A DNA stretch of 64,000 nucleotides from Candidatus Hadarchaeum sp. Its GTDB lineage: Archaea; Hadarchaeota; Hadarchaeia; Hadarchaeales; Hadarchaeaceae. Positions 9,886 to 19,987 of the stretch are shown in pieces. Under the pieces are notes generated by a model. That model searched no databases. It was given only the letters and a program-made list of their open reading frames with translations, and had not been told where the DNA came from. Made by a program: the position numbers and the translations under genes. The stretch is from contig NZ_JAVZIN010000008.1 in NCBI RefSeq assembly GCF_038871235.1, forward strand, positions 11,369-75,368, written 5' to 3'. How positions within the stretch are numbered: position 1 is the stretch's first letter; the number at the start of each line of letters is the position of its first letter.

Positions 9886-10518
9886 ATGCACATACCGGAT
9901 GGTTTTCTAAGCTGGGAAGTCTGGGCGCCTCTGTGGGCATTGGCGGTCTTGATCATTACCTTCGCCGTATGGAAAACCAACAAAAAACTTAGTGACAAAC
10001 ACGTTCCTTTGCTGGGCGTTCTGGCGGCCTTCATCTTTGCAGCCCAGATGTTAAACGTCCCGGTGGCCGGAGGTACAAGCGGACATTTGCTTGGAGGAGT
10101 TCTCGTCGCGGTCTTCGTCGGACCTCTGGCTGGTTCTATCGTGATGAGCTCGATTTTTGCTGTGCAAGCAATTTTTTTTCAAGATGGTGGGATAACAGCG
10201 TTGGGGGCAAACATCATCAACATGGGATTAATCGGGACAATTATTGGATTCTACATCTATCTTGCTTTTACAAAAATATCAAAAACAAAAGGCGTGATTA
10301 TCGGAGCTGCCGTAGCCTCTTGGATCTCGGTGGTTCTGGCATCCGCCGCCTGCGCCCTTGAACTGGCAGCTTCCGGGACCTCGCCACTTTGGATAGCCCT
10401 TCCTGCCATGGTAGGCATTCATTCCATTATCGGTGTTATTGAAGCAGCCATGACAGTGACAGTAATCGGATTTGTCATGAAGACAAGGAGCGACTTGCTC
10501 AATCTGCCGAAAATATAG
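9886..10518 (+). CDS. cbiM: Ni/Co ECF transporter substrate-binding S component (NikM/CbiM)
   Basis: N-terminal MHIPDGFL metal-binding motif, GGTSGHLLG and DGGITALGAN. Confidence 0.93.
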   Translation: MHIPDGFLSWEVWAPLWALAVLIITFAVWKTNKKLSDKHVPLLGVLAAFIFAAQMLNVPVAGGTSGHLLGGVLVAVFVGPLAGSIVMSSIFAVQAIFFQDGGITALGANIINMGLIGTIIGFYIYLAFTKISKTKGVIIGAAVASWISVVLASAACALELAASGTSPLWIALPAMVGIHSIIGVIEAAMTVTVIGFVMKTRSDLLNLPKI

Positions 10519-10526
10519 GTGAAAGA

Positions 10527-10811
10527 ATGAAGGGAAAAAATTGGTGGGTAGCTGGCGTGATAATCGCCTTGTTTATGGCTTCGGTGCTATCACTCTTTGC
10601 CTCCACGGAACCCGATGGTCTTGAGAGAGTAGCTGAAGATCACGGCTTTGCTGAAAAGGCTGAAGGACAAGAAGTTATCCGAGCCCCGATACCGGACTAC
10701 GTCATCCCAGGAATTGGGGACGAAAAAGTCGCCGCATCACTTGCGGGCTTAATCGGAGTCCTAATTATTCTTGGTATTACTTTCAGCTGGGCAAAGTTAC
10801 TAAAAAGATAA
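10527..10811 (+). CDS. PDGLE-domain protein (NikN-like ECF accessory subunit)
   Basis: ASTEPDGLERVA and APIPDY motifs with two TM helices. Confidence 0.88.
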   Translation: MKGKNWWVAGVIIALFMASVLSLFASTEPDGLERVAEDHGFAEKAEGQEVIRAPIPDYVIPGIGDEKVAASLAGLIGVLIILGITFSWAKLLKR

Positions 10812-10822
10812 AAAGGATAAAA

Positions 10823-11578
10823 ATGAAACACAGCTTTCTTGACCAATACAGCAACCTGAAAAGCCCGATTCACAAACTCGACCCGCGGGTAAAGATAATC
10901 GCATTTTTTTCTCTTCTCTTAGTTGTGGTTTTTACCCCAATAACACTGGGGCAAAAATTCGTCCTTTACGGGGCGGTTTTGTTATCGCTCATCCTGATCT
11001 CTAAAGTACCTATCAAATTCGTGTTAAAGAGATCTTCAATAATAATTCCGTTCGTCAGCTTAGTCGTGATTGGACTGCCCTTTCTGGGAAACGGCGGCGG
11101 TTCGCTGAGTCTTGGTGTCTTAACTTTAACCCGATCGGCGGCCTTGATTTTTTTAAACGTGTTGGTGAAATCCTGGCTCTGCGTGCTGGCCATGATAGCG
11201 CTTACCTCCACAACACCATTTTCAAAGCTTCTAAACGGTTTTCAGAAGTTAAAAATTCCGGCTGTTTTTGTGATGATTCTTTCTTTCATGTATCGATTTG
11301 TCTTTATCATGGAAGATGAACTTGATAGGATGATCAGAGCGCGAGACGCCAGAACCTTCAGTCCGTCTTGGCTCCAATCAGTAAAAACTGCTGGAAATAT
11401 GATTGGAACTCTTTTCTTGAGGAGCTATGAAAGGGGAGAGCGTGTCTATGCGGCTATGTGTTCGCGGGGCTATGACGGGAAAATAAAACTAACTAAAGAA
11501 CTCAAGCTGAGCGGTTACGACATTTCTTTTATTTGCGTCTTTTTATCGCTGACGATTTTCATAGCGGTGGTCTTATGA
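10823..11578 (+). CDS. cbiQ: ECF transporter T component (CbiQ/NikQ)
   Basis: SPIHKLDPRVK, FMYRF and RSYERGERVYAAMCSRG motifs. Confidence 0.92.
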   Translation: MKHSFLDQYSNLKSPIHKLDPRVKIIAFFSLLLVVVFTPITLGQKFVLYGAVLLSLILISKVPIKFVLKRSSIIIPFVSLVVIGLPFLGNGGGSLSLGVLTLTRSAALIFLNVLVKSWLCVLAMIALTSTTPFSKLLNGFQKLKIPAVFVMILSFMYRFVFIMEDELDRMIRARDARTFSPSWLQSVKTAGNMIGTLFLRSYERGERVYAAMCSRGYDGKIKLTKELKLSGYDISFICVFLSLTIFIAVVL

Positions 11579-12294
11579 TGGCGGTGGAAGTAAAGAACCT
11601 GCAATACAAATATCCTGACGGTACCGTTGCCCTCCGCGGTGTTAACTTCTGGGTAAAAAAAGGTGAGAAGGTCTATCTACTCGGCCCAAATGGTTCGGGA
11701 AAGTCCACGTTGCTCTTACACTTCAATGGAATTCTAAAGCCTCAGAGAGGAAAGGTGATGATCCTCGGCAAGGAAATCAGCAAATGGGGTGAAGAGGTAA
11801 AGAGGATAGTTGGGTTAGTGTTTCAGAACCCTGATGATCAGCTCTTTATGCCGACGGTTTATGAAGACGTGGCTTTCGGTCCGGTTAACTTGAAGCTTGA
11901 TGAGTCTGAAGTCAAAAAAAGGGTGGAAAATGCGCTGAAAACGGTGGGGATGAAAGGATGTGAGGAAAGAAGTCCCCACCACCTCAGCTATGGTGAGAAG
12001 AAGAGAATCGCAATAGCCACCGTGCTGGCCATGGATCCCGAAATATTGGTGCTTGACGAACCGACTCTTTCCTTCGACCCTTGGATAAAAATGAGCTTCA
12101 TCAAGTTGTTGAAGGAGTTGGGGAAGAACAGGACAATTATAATTTCCGGTCATGACTTCGAGGTAATGGAGCTCTGCAACCGTGTTTACCTTATGAAAAA
12201 CGGCAGAATAGCTGGTGAGGTTAAAAACAAAAGAAATCTTCAAGTGTTATTAAATCCAAGAAGAACGGCAAAAATCCTTGAAAAGGGACGATAA
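11575..12294 (+). CDS. cbiO: ECF transporter ATPase (CbiO/NikO)
   Basis: Walker A GPNGSGKST, FQNPDDQLF, LSYGEKKR and LDEPT; ATG overlaps the cbiQ stop. Confidence 0.92.
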   Translation: MMAVEVKNLQYKYPDGTVALRGVNFWVKKGEKVYLLGPNGSGKSTLLLHFNGILKPQRGKVMILGKEISKWGEEVKRIVGLVFQNPDDQLFMPTVYEDVAFGPVNLKLDESEVKKRVENALKTVGMKGCEERSPHHLSYGEKKRIAIATVLAMDPEILVLDEPTLSFDPWIKMSFIKLLKELGKNRTIIISGHDFEVMELCNRVYLMKNGRIAGEVKNKRNLQVLLNPRRTAKILEKGR

Positions 12295-12454
12295 TTTTAA
12301 TGGTGATCTTTTTGCCAAAGCTATCGATTTCAAACGGGAAGCTCTGTTATAAATATACGGGGCCAAAAACTGCTTTGCGCCTCGGAATGGCAACTATTTC
12401 TGCTAAAATCAGTTAACGTTAATTCGTCAATGGATAAAAATTAAGTGGGATTAA

Positions 12455-12865
12455 ATGTCAGAAAAGATAACTCGCGTAAGCCTAACCTTGCCGGAGAAGT
12501 TGCTCGATGAACTTGATGAATCCCTTAAAGCCCGCGGCTACGCGAGCCGATCCGAAGCCGTCAGGGATTCGCTTCGGGATTTCCTTTCTGAATATAAATA
12601 TCGAAAGAATCTGAAGGGCTACATTACTGGCGTCTTAGTTTTGGTCTACGAGCATGATGTCAGGGGGTTGACCGATGCCATAATTGACATCCAGCACTCC
12701 GCTGGTGAAATAATAACTACCGTTCAGCACATTCACCTAGATCATAAGAACTGCTTGGAAACTTCTGTCGTCAGGGGGCCTGCTAAAAAAATTGAAAAAC
12801 TCGTGGAGCGCTTGGAGGGACTAAGGGGTGTCAAACAAGCAAAATTGATGATAGTAAAAAAATAA
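12455..12865 (+). CDS. nikR: Nickel-responsive regulator NikR
   Basis: RHH N-terminus (RVSLTLP...GYASRSEAVRD) and Ni site QH...HIHLDHKNCLE. Confidence 0.95.
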   Translation: MSEKITRVSLTLPEKLLDELDESLKARGYASRSEAVRDSLRDFLSEYKYRKNLKGYITGVLVLVYEHDVRGLTDAIIDIQHSAGEIITTVQHIHLDHKNCLETSVVRGPAKKIEKLVERLEGLRGVKQAKLMIVKK

Positions 12866-12867
12866 AG

Positions 12868-13470
12868 ATGAACACTATGAAACTCACCGAACTATTGCTG
12901 AGGCTGAACCGACTAAAAAACATCCCACGCACAGGTTGGCTCTTCTGCGACATTTCCACCATGGATGTCGAGGATGTGGCTCAACACTCATTTGAGGTGG
13001 TCAGCATCACTATGTTCCTTGCCGACGAACTGATGAAGGAAGGTAAAAAAGTTAACCGCGAAAGAGCTATCAGCATGGCTATACTGCACGATTGGGCTGA
13101 ATCCGAGGTGGCCGATTTTCCTTATACGGCAAAGAAATACCTGAAACCAGCTAGGGCTAAAGAGCGAATGGAACACGACGCCTTAGTGGATTTGTTAAAG
13201 GATTTGCCGGAAAAGGAAGGGTACTTGAAACTATGGGAGGAGTATAGGGAAGAAAAAACTGCAGAATCGAAGTTAGTTCACGCGGCCGATCTTCTCTCCA
13301 TCATGGTGCAGGGAATCAAGTATCGAGAAAGAGGTATAAAATCAAGGGGACTGAACGAACTCTGGCGGGCTGTGAAGGAGGATCTGAAACCCTATGCTGA
13401 AGAGTTCAAAATCGTTGGTGAACTAATCAAAGAACTGAACTCGTCTTTTACTTCACCGTCAAGTTTTTAA
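12868..13470 (+). CDS. HD-domain phosphohydrolase (YfbR/HDDC2-like 5'-deoxynucleotidase)
   Basis: LKNIPRTGW, EDVAQHSF, LHDWAE and ADLL motifs. Confidence 0.88.
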   Translation: MNTMKLTELLLRLNRLKNIPRTGWLFCDISTMDVEDVAQHSFEVVSITMFLADELMKEGKKVNRERAISMAILHDWAESEVADFPYTAKKYLKPARAKERMEHDALVDLLKDLPEKEGYLKLWEEYREEKTAESKLVHAADLLSIMVQGIKYRERGIKSRGLNELWRAVKEDLKPYAEEFKIVGELIKELNSSFTSPSSF

Positions 13471-13499
13471 AAGACCAATGGTATATAATTGAAGATACT

Positions 13500-15491
13500 A
13501 TGAAAGGCATCAAATGGGTAGTCGAGGATCCTGTAGAAAAAGAAGTTTGGTGGCCATCGGAGGAACTCAAGCGAAGGGCTTGGGTTAGCGATCCGTCAAT
13601 ATACGAAGAAGCTGATAAGGACCCGGTTGCTTTTTGGGAAGCCAGAGCGCGGGAGGGTCTGGAGTGGTTCAAGCTGTGGGACAAAGCTTACGAGGAAGAC
13701 TTGCCTTACTACAAGTGGTTCATCGGCGGCAAAATTAACGCCTCCTATAATGCCGTTGACCGGCACGTAAAGGCGGGCAAGGGCAACAAACCCGCGATAA
13801 TCTGGGTCCCTGAACCTCCTGAGGAGCCAGATAGAATAATCACCTATCAACAGCTAAAAGATGCGGTCTGCCGCTTTGCCAATGTGCTGAAAAAGCTCGG
13901 TGTTAAGAAAGGTGACCGAGTAGGGATATATCTTCCTCTAATTCCTGAGGTCCATATCGCCATTTTGGCCTGTACCAGAATCGGCGCTGTTCACAGCGTC
14001 GTCTTCTCTGCCTTCAGTGGTGATGCATTAAGAGTCAGGCTCGAAGACGCTGAGGCCAAGGTATTGATAACGGCAGACGGTTACTACCGCAGGGGAAAAA
14101 TTGTCAACTTGAAAGCTAATGCAGATGAAGGAATCCAAGGCACCAAAGTTGAAAAAGTCGTTGTGGTCAAAAGAGCGGGAAATGAAGTAAACATGGTAAA
14201 GGGGAGGGACTTTTGGTGGCATGAGCTGGTGAAGGAAGCTGATACCCACTGTGATCCAGAACCCATGGACAGCGAAAGCATGATGTTCCTGCTCTATACC
14301 TCCGGCACCACGGGAAGACCAAAAGGTGTAATTCACACGACTGGAGGATACCTGACCCAAGCCTACTGGACCACGCGCTGGGTATTTGACATCCATGATG
14401 ACGACATATACTGGTGTACCTCAGACATAGGCTGGATAACGGGACACACCTATCTGTGCTATGGACCGCTGCTCAACTGTGCCACACTCATATTGTATGA
14501 AGGGTCACCCGACTACCCGGCAATAGATCGCTGGTGGCAGATTATAGAAAAATATAAAGTAACGATATTTTATACCGCCCCCACCGCCATCCGCATGTTT
14601 GTGAGGGCCGGTGATGAATGGCCCAAAAAACACGATCTCAGCAGCCTTCGCCTTTTGGGGACGGTGGGTGAACCGATTGACCGCGAGGCTTGGCTGTGGT
14701 ACTTTAACAACATTGGCGGCGGGCGTTGTCCAATTACTGACACGTGGTGGCAGACTGAGACTGGAGGAACATTGATGATGAGTCTGCCAGGGATCGGGCC
14801 GTTCATCCCAACTGTTTCTGGAAGACCATTCCCGGGAACTAGGAACGCAATTGTCGACGAAGAGGGCAACCCATCACCGCAAGGTGGTTACTTGGTGCTG
14901 GTTCCACCGATGCCACCGGGAATGCTGCGGGGCCTTTACAAGGCCGACGACAAATACCGCGAAACCTACTGGAGCCGATATCCAAAGAGGTACTACTTTA
15001 CTGGAGACGGCGCAAGGGATGTGATCAACGAACATGCCCCCCACATTAAGGAAAAGGGAAAAATTAAACACTTCATCCGCGTCACTGGCAGAGTCGACGA
15101 TGTCATGAAAGTGGCCGGGCACAGACTATCCACGGCTGAGCTAGAGGATGCGTTTAACCGACACCCGGCTGTGACCGAAACCGCAGTTGTTCCACAACCC
15201 GACCCCATGAAAGGAGAAGTTCCTGTCGCCTACGTGGTATTGAAAAGCGGGTACCGGGGTTCGGAAGAGTTGAGCAAAGAGCTAGTGGAACACATAAGCA
15301 AGACGGTGGGACCAATAGCCAAGCCCAAGCAAATATTCTTCGTTGACGAGCTGCCCAAGACCAGAAGTGGAAAGATAATGCGTCGCATCCTTAAAGCCCT
15401 GATCACTAGGGATAAAATAGGAGATACCTCCACATTGGTTAACCCTGATGTCGTTGAAAACCTGAAAAGAATAGTCGGTTACTCGGCTTAA
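13500..15491 (+). CDS. acs: AMP-forming acetyl-CoA synthetase
   Basis: YTSGTTGRPKG, DTWWQTETGG, GRVDDVMKVAGHR and PKTRSGKIMRR motifs. Confidence 0.96.
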   Translation: MKGIKWVVEDPVEKEVWWPSEELKRRAWVSDPSIYEEADKDPVAFWEARAREGLEWFKLWDKAYEEDLPYYKWFIGGKINASYNAVDRHVKAGKGNKPAIIWVPEPPEEPDRIITYQQLKDAVCRFANVLKKLGVKKGDRVGIYLPLIPEVHIAILACTRIGAVHSVVFSAFSGDALRVRLEDAEAKVLITADGYYRRGKIVNLKANADEGIQGTKVEKVVVVKRAGNEVNMVKGRDFWWHELVKEADTHCDPEPMDSESMMFLLYTSGTTGRPKGVIHTTGGYLTQAYWTTRWVFDIHDDDIYWCTSDIGWITGHTYLCYGPLLNCATLILYEGSPDYPAIDRWWQIIEKYKVTIFYTAPTAIRMFVRAGDEWPKKHDLSSLRLLGTVGEPIDREAWLWYFNNIGGGRCPITDTWWQTETGGTLMMSLPGIGPFIPTVSGRPFPGTRNAIVDEEGNPSPQGGYLVLVPPMPPGMLRGLYKADDKYRETYWSRYPKRYYFTGDGARDVINEHAPHIKEKGKIKHFIRVTGRVDDVMKVAGHRLSTAELEDAFNRHPAVTETAVVPQPDPMKGEVPVAYVVLKSGYRGSEELSKELVEHISKTVGPIAKPKQIFFVDELPKTRSGKIMRRILKALITRDKIGDTSTLVNPDVVENLKRIVGYSA

Positions 15492-15535
15492 ACTAAAAAT
15501 TGAGCTGCTATTGATGCCTTTTCAGTCTTTGAAAA

Positions 15536-16213
15536 TCAAGAGTAACTGATAGCAATAGATCTGATGATATCACTAACATCCTCACAAAGATCAGCGATAC
15601 TTTCCATATTTTCTGTAATTTCTTTCATAAGCAGCGACTGGCCTATATCCTTTACCTTCTTGTACCATTTCAAAAGACTCGGAGTCAGCTCTTCGGCGCG
15701 TAGATCGTCTATCTTCTCCTCCAATTTTTCAACTTCATGTGAAAGGGCCACGGCTGCCTTTGGGTCTCTCTCCAGAGAAATAAAGGTTTCATGAGTTCTG
15801 ATAGCTGTCTCCAAAACTGCCGTGGAATAAGTCTTCATCGTTTTTTTAAGATCGCTGGGGAGTCTCTTAGCGTCGACGTATTTCAGCTTTCTGGCGGCCG
15901 CCTTGGCATTGGCAGCGACCTCGTCTGCCGTCATCGTCAATCTGATTATCTCGTCCCTGTTTATCGGATGAAAGATGCCCTTCGAGAGCTCCTCCAAGAT
16001 ATTTCTCTTGATAACATCAGCGTCTCGCTCGCTCTTAAAAGCCTCTTGAAAACCCTCTTCCATTTTTTTGGCGTCCAGATCGCAAAAAGCTTGAACCGCT
16101 TTGTTCATGCCGGCAACTGTCTTGACGATCCTTTTTATGTGTTCGTCGCAGATATCAAGGATTTTTCTTTCCCTTGATTCTCCCATCCATGTTAGCGGTC
16201 CTTTGGCCATCAT
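15536..16213 (-). CDS. DUF47 / PhoU-like phosphate transport regulator
   Basis: Repeated E-x-x-(A/I)D helical motifs (SERDADVIK, LEEKIDDL, IADLCEDVSD); directly downstream of PiT. Confidence 0.88.
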   Translation of the reverse strand: MMAKGPLTWMGESRERKILDICDEHIKRIVKTVAGMNKAVQAFCDLDAKKMEEGFQEAFKSERDADVIKRNILEELSKGIFHPINRDEIIRLTMTADEVAANAKAAARKLKYVDAKRLPSDLKKTMKTYSTAVLETAIRTHETFISLERDPKAAVALSHEVEKLEEKIDDLRAEELTPSLLKWYKKVKDIGQSLLMKEITENMESIADLCEDVSDIIRSIAISYS

Positions 16214-17418
16214 ATCCCTGCCATTTTACTAATTAACCAAAACAAAGACATACTAATTAAGATTACCGCAGGTATGGTCAAAATCCAAAAGGCTATGATT
16301 TTGCCGGTGACGCCTTTGCTCACCCCCATCAATCCCTTCGTGGCCAGACCAACGCCAATCAGAGAACCAACCGAGGCATGGGTGGTGGATATCGGTAGGC
16401 CGAAACCGATAAGCAGTGAAGGTAACACCGTGAAGAGAAAAACCACGATTGCGTTTGCGTACTCCGCGGCGGCACCGCTCAGTATGTCCAATCTGGTTAC
16501 TTTGTAGGCAGTGACCTCCAGAACCTTGTATCCCCACGTAAAGGCTCCGAGCGCTATTCCCGCCGAGCCCAGAAGCGAAAGCAAAAACATCGTGGTGAAA
16601 GTCGGATTGCCGGTTATCTTCTGTGTTGGCGTCACAAAAACACCGGTGGCGTTTGCCATGTCGTTGGCACCGAAGGAAAAAGCGGAAAAACAAAGGCCGA
16701 TTATCAAAAGGGCATAAAGGAAATTGGATGCCCCAAACCCGCCGCATTTGGCCCTGAGAACGTAAACCAAAACAGGGGATAAAACGGCCGCGACGGGAAA
16801 CGTCATTAAAATAACATCAAACGACCTCAGCCCGAGTGTCTGGTAAAAAATCATTAGCAACGCAGAAAAAGAGAGAATAAATACCAAAATTGAAATCGTA
16901 ACTAGATTTGTCTTTTCCGTCCTCTCCTGTTGGAAATACCTTTTCAGAAAGAAATACAACCCGGCCGCAAAGAGTATCGCCAAAATTGGTGAGGCGATTA
17001 AACTTGCGATGACTACATAGAGGTTCCCCAACCTCAGCGGGGTTGAGGTCGCTAGGCCAAAACCGATTACGCCGCCGATTATCGAATGGGTCGTCGAAAC
17101 CGGCATGCCTTTGTAGGTGCAGAAGGTTATCCACAACCCGGCTGAAAGGCAGGCTGAAAAGCTCCCCAGCGCCAAAACCTCGACACTCAGACTTTCTCTG
17201 TCGACTAAACCTCGGTCGACGGTCTTCATCACCATCGGCCCCAACAGAATACCGCCCAAAGCCGCAAAAATAGCGAATAAGATTATGGCTTTTCTCATGC
17301 TTAGGGCTCCGGCACCTACCGCACAATCGGTGGGGTTAGCGGCGTCGTTGGCTCCCAAACACCAAGCAATGTAGAAAGACAAAGCCAGCCCAACACCGTA
17401 AACCACCAGCTCTATCAT
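16210..17418 (-). CDS. Inorganic phosphate transporter, PiT family
   Basis: Two signature repeats GANDAAN / GANDMAN and PVSTTH / PISTTH. Confidence 0.94.
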   Translation of the reverse strand: MIELVVYGVGLALSFYIAWCLGANDAANPTDCAVGAGALSMRKAIILFAIFAALGGILLGPMVMKTVDRGLVDRESLSVEVLALGSFSACLSAGLWITFCTYKGMPVSTTHSIIGGVIGFGLATSTPLRLGNLYVVIASLIASPILAILFAAGLYFFLKRYFQQERTEKTNLVTISILVFILSFSALLMIFYQTLGLRSFDVILMTFPVAAVLSPVLVYVLRAKCGGFGASNFLYALLIIGLCFSAFSFGANDMANATGVFVTPTQKITGNPTFTTMFLLSLLGSAGIALGAFTWGYKVLEVTAYKVTRLDILSGAAAEYANAIVVFLFTVLPSLLIGFGLPISTTHASVGSLIGVGLATKGLMGVSKGVTGKIIAFWILTIPAVILISMSLFWLISKMAGI

Positions 17419-17480
17419 CTGAACACCTTCAGCCCAAAGGTTTTTTAGAATCTAATATAAAAAACACCAGCCACAACACC

Positions 17481-17906
17481 TCAACTTTTCTCCACAGTGG
17501 GCTTTTTTCGTCTCTGCCCAGACCTTTCCAGAAGGTGGCCATACCCGCGAGCAGAGACGATTTTCCTTATTTCCTCGTCAGCGGACTCTGGTAAAGGTGG
17601 CGGCGTGGTTCTTCCAGCCAACCTGTTGCCCAAAGCCCCAATAATTCTACCTGCGACCAGAGAAAATAACATGACCAAAATTGCGAAGTAAATAGGTTCC
17701 AGATTGAAAAACATGGAAGCTCCGATGCCCAAACTAACTATAACAAGACCGAGCCCGTAAGCGAGCAAAAAAATCGTTCCTCTCCGACGACGCAGGAAGA
17801 GTAAAATTTTGCCTCCAAAACCGAAACACATGGCCTCCAAACCAAAAGCCAAAGAACCAATCAAGAAGATGAGGTAAATGGTTTCAATGACGCTCAAGCT
17901 ATCCAC
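17481..17906 (-). CDS. Hypothetical membrane protein
   Basis: Three hydrophobic segments and a charged C-terminal tail; GTG start. Confidence 0.6.
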   Translation of the reverse strand: MDSLSVIETIYLIFLIGSLAFGLEAMCFGFGGKILLFLRRRRGTIFLLAYGLGLVIVSLGIGASMFFNLEPIYFAILVMLFSLVAGRIIGALGNRLAGRTTPPPLPESADEEIRKIVSARGYGHLLERSGQRRKKPTVEKS

Positions 17907-17952
17907 AGTCCGATTTAATCATGCTGAGAATTTAAAGACTAAGCGGCGGCGC

Positions 17953-18630
17953 ATGACTGCAATCCTGAACAAATTAGGCGAGGTATTCAATCATTGGCGC
18001 ATCTCTAGAGAAGATCCCTTTCTGTTGCTCGTCAGAACGGTGCTATCCCAGAACACAAACGATCGCAACAGCTTCGCCGCCTTCAGCAACCTAACCTCGA
18101 GATTTAAAACCCCGGAACAGCTGGCAAACGCTACGGTTAATGAAATCAAGGAGCTGATAAAAGTCGGTGGGCTTTATCAAGAGAAAGCTAAAAGGTTGAA
18201 AGAAATTTCAAGACTGGTGCTGGAGAAATACCGAGGTAACCTAAAACCAGTTCTCGAAAAACCTATCCAAGAAGCTAGGGAGGAGCTACTCTCAATGCCA
18301 GGCGTGGGGCGCAAAACTGCTGACATCATGCTGGCTTTTTGGTCAGGACACGATATCATCCCAGTCGACACCCATGTCTTCAGAGTTTCAAAAAGATTGG
18401 GCTTTGCTAAAAACAAAGACAATTACGATGAAGTGAAAGCTAAACTTGAGCTGGCAACTCCGCCGGGTAGAAGAATCGAGGCCCATATACTACTGATTCA
18501 GCTGGGGAGAAATTACTGCCGCTCGAGAAACCCGTTGCATAACCAGTGCCCCATCAACCGGCTCTGTCCAGTTGGAACTCGCTATGTAGAGCCCTCACGG
18601 CCTTCACGGCGTCGCGCTCATCCACAGTGA
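17953..18630 (+). CDS. nth: Endonuclease III (HhH-GPD DNA glycosylase)
   Basis: VLSQNTND, HhH LLSMPGVGRKTA and PVDTHVFRV. The Fe-S motif reads C-x6-H-x2-C-x5-C. Start uncertain (ORF open from 17878). Confidence 0.9.
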   Translation: MTAILNKLGEVFNHWRISREDPFLLLVRTVLSQNTNDRNSFAAFSNLTSRFKTPEQLANATVNEIKELIKVGGLYQEKAKRLKEISRLVLEKYRGNLKPVLEKPIQEAREELLSMPGVGRKTADIMLAFWSGHDIIPVDTHVFRVSKRLGFAKNKDNYDEVKAKLELATPPGRRIEAHILLIQLGRNYCRSRNPLHNQCPINRLCPVGTRYVEPSRPSRRRAHPQ

Positions 18631-19969
18631 AGGAAATATTGAGCTCGGAGGAACCTTGGGCGATTGTCAATATGTTAATTCCGCTCCGGCCGATGGTTCC
18701 AAAAACTCTGGCCGCCACCCCGGGTGTACCTTTCATACCAGCACCAATGGCCGCAATGACGCTCACGTTCCTTTCACAGCTAATATCCCAGCTAATCTTG
18801 CGCCTTTCGAACTCTGAACGGAGGGCGCGGAGAACTAAGTCCACTTCCTTGCGATCAACTACGAAGCTTATGTCGGCTTGTGATGAACTCTGTGAGATCA
18901 TCAGGACCTTTACCCCGGCTCGGCCAATGATGTCAAAAACCGTCGCGGCAACTCCTGGAACACCGATCATCTCCGCCCCGCCCACCGTTATCAGGGAGAC
19001 ATTTTTACTCATAGTAATTGACTTGACGATGTCCTTAACCTGATTCGGTTTCTTGATGATCAAAGTGCCACCTTGGTTAGGCTTGAAGGCATTCAAAACC
19101 CTGACCGGTATGTTTGAATCCATGGCCGGTCTGATCATCTTGGGGTGCAATACCTTGGCCCCGAAGTAGGCGAGCTCTGTGGCCTCAATATAGGAGATGG
19201 TCTTGATAACGCGGGCATTTGGTTCAACCTTGGGGTCGGCGGTCATTATGCCATCGACATCAGTCATTATCCAAATTTCATCAACACCCAATGCGGCACC
19301 AAGTATTGAGGCGGTGTAATCGGATCCACCTCGCCCCAAGGTAGTTATGACTCCATCCTCAGTGCCGCCGATAAAACCGGTTATGACCGGAACCTCATTC
19401 GCGGCCCACATTTTATTAATACGCTGTTTTGCAATTCTGCGGACTTTTTCCATCAGGGGGCGCGCTTCGGTGAAGTGGTCATCGGTGATCAACCCTGCCT
19501 CGAAACCTGTCAGCGCTCTTGATTTTACACCCAACGACTCTATGGAACCGGACAAGATGGGGGCAGAAAGCCTCTCTCCAAATGATAAGATAAGGTCCTG
19601 AGAGCGCGGAGACAGCTCACCTAAATAAGAGATTCCTGTGAGGGCTCGCTCCAAAAGGTCGATGGTCTCCCGGACAGTACGAGTAGTTCGGCCCAAAACT
19701 TCTTTATTTTTTATCGCGTCCTGGCAAGCCTGATAATGTCTGATTGAAATTTGCCGCAGGAACTCTGGGATCTGTTCTCTAGGATTGGATCGAGGTTCTA
19801 CCAGCTTACGTGCTATCTCGAGAAGTTGATCAGTCACTCCCGCCATGGCTGAAGTCACAACCGCGATCTGGTCTCCCTTCTTATGCCTAGAGACGACCAG
19901 CTCGGCATCCTTCTTAATACTCTCGCCATCCTTGACCGGAACGCCGCCAAACTTGATAACCAGCTTCAA
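18554..19969 (-). CDS. lysC: Aspartate kinase with two ACT domains
   Basis: VIKFGG, VTSAMAGVTD, SFGERLSA, TLGRGGSDYTA, TDVDGIMTADP, FGAKVLHP and QGSSELNISF motifs. Confidence 0.95.
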   Translation of the reverse strand: MKLVIKFGGVPVKDGESIKKDAELVVSRHKKGDQIAVVTSAMAGVTDQLLEIARKLVEPRSNPREQIPEFLRQISIRHYQACQDAIKNKEVLGRTTRTVRETIDLLERALTGISYLGELSPRSQDLILSFGERLSAPILSGSIESLGVKSRALTGFEAGLITDDHFTEARPLMEKVRRIAKQRINKMWAANEVPVITGFIGGTEDGVITTLGRGGSDYTASILGAALGVDEIWIMTDVDGIMTADPKVEPNARVIKTISYIEATELAYFGAKVLHPKMIRPAMDSNIPVRVLNAFKPNQGGTLIIKKPNQVKDIVKSITMSKNVSLITVGGAEMIGVPGVAATVFDIIGRAGVKVLMISQSSSQADISFVVDRKEVDLVLRALRSEFERRKISWDISCERNVSVIAAIGAGMKGTPGVAARVFGTIGRSGINILTIAQGSSELNISFTVDERDAVKAVRALHSEFQLDRAG

Positions 19970-19987
19970 ACTACCGCCTCTTCAAAA

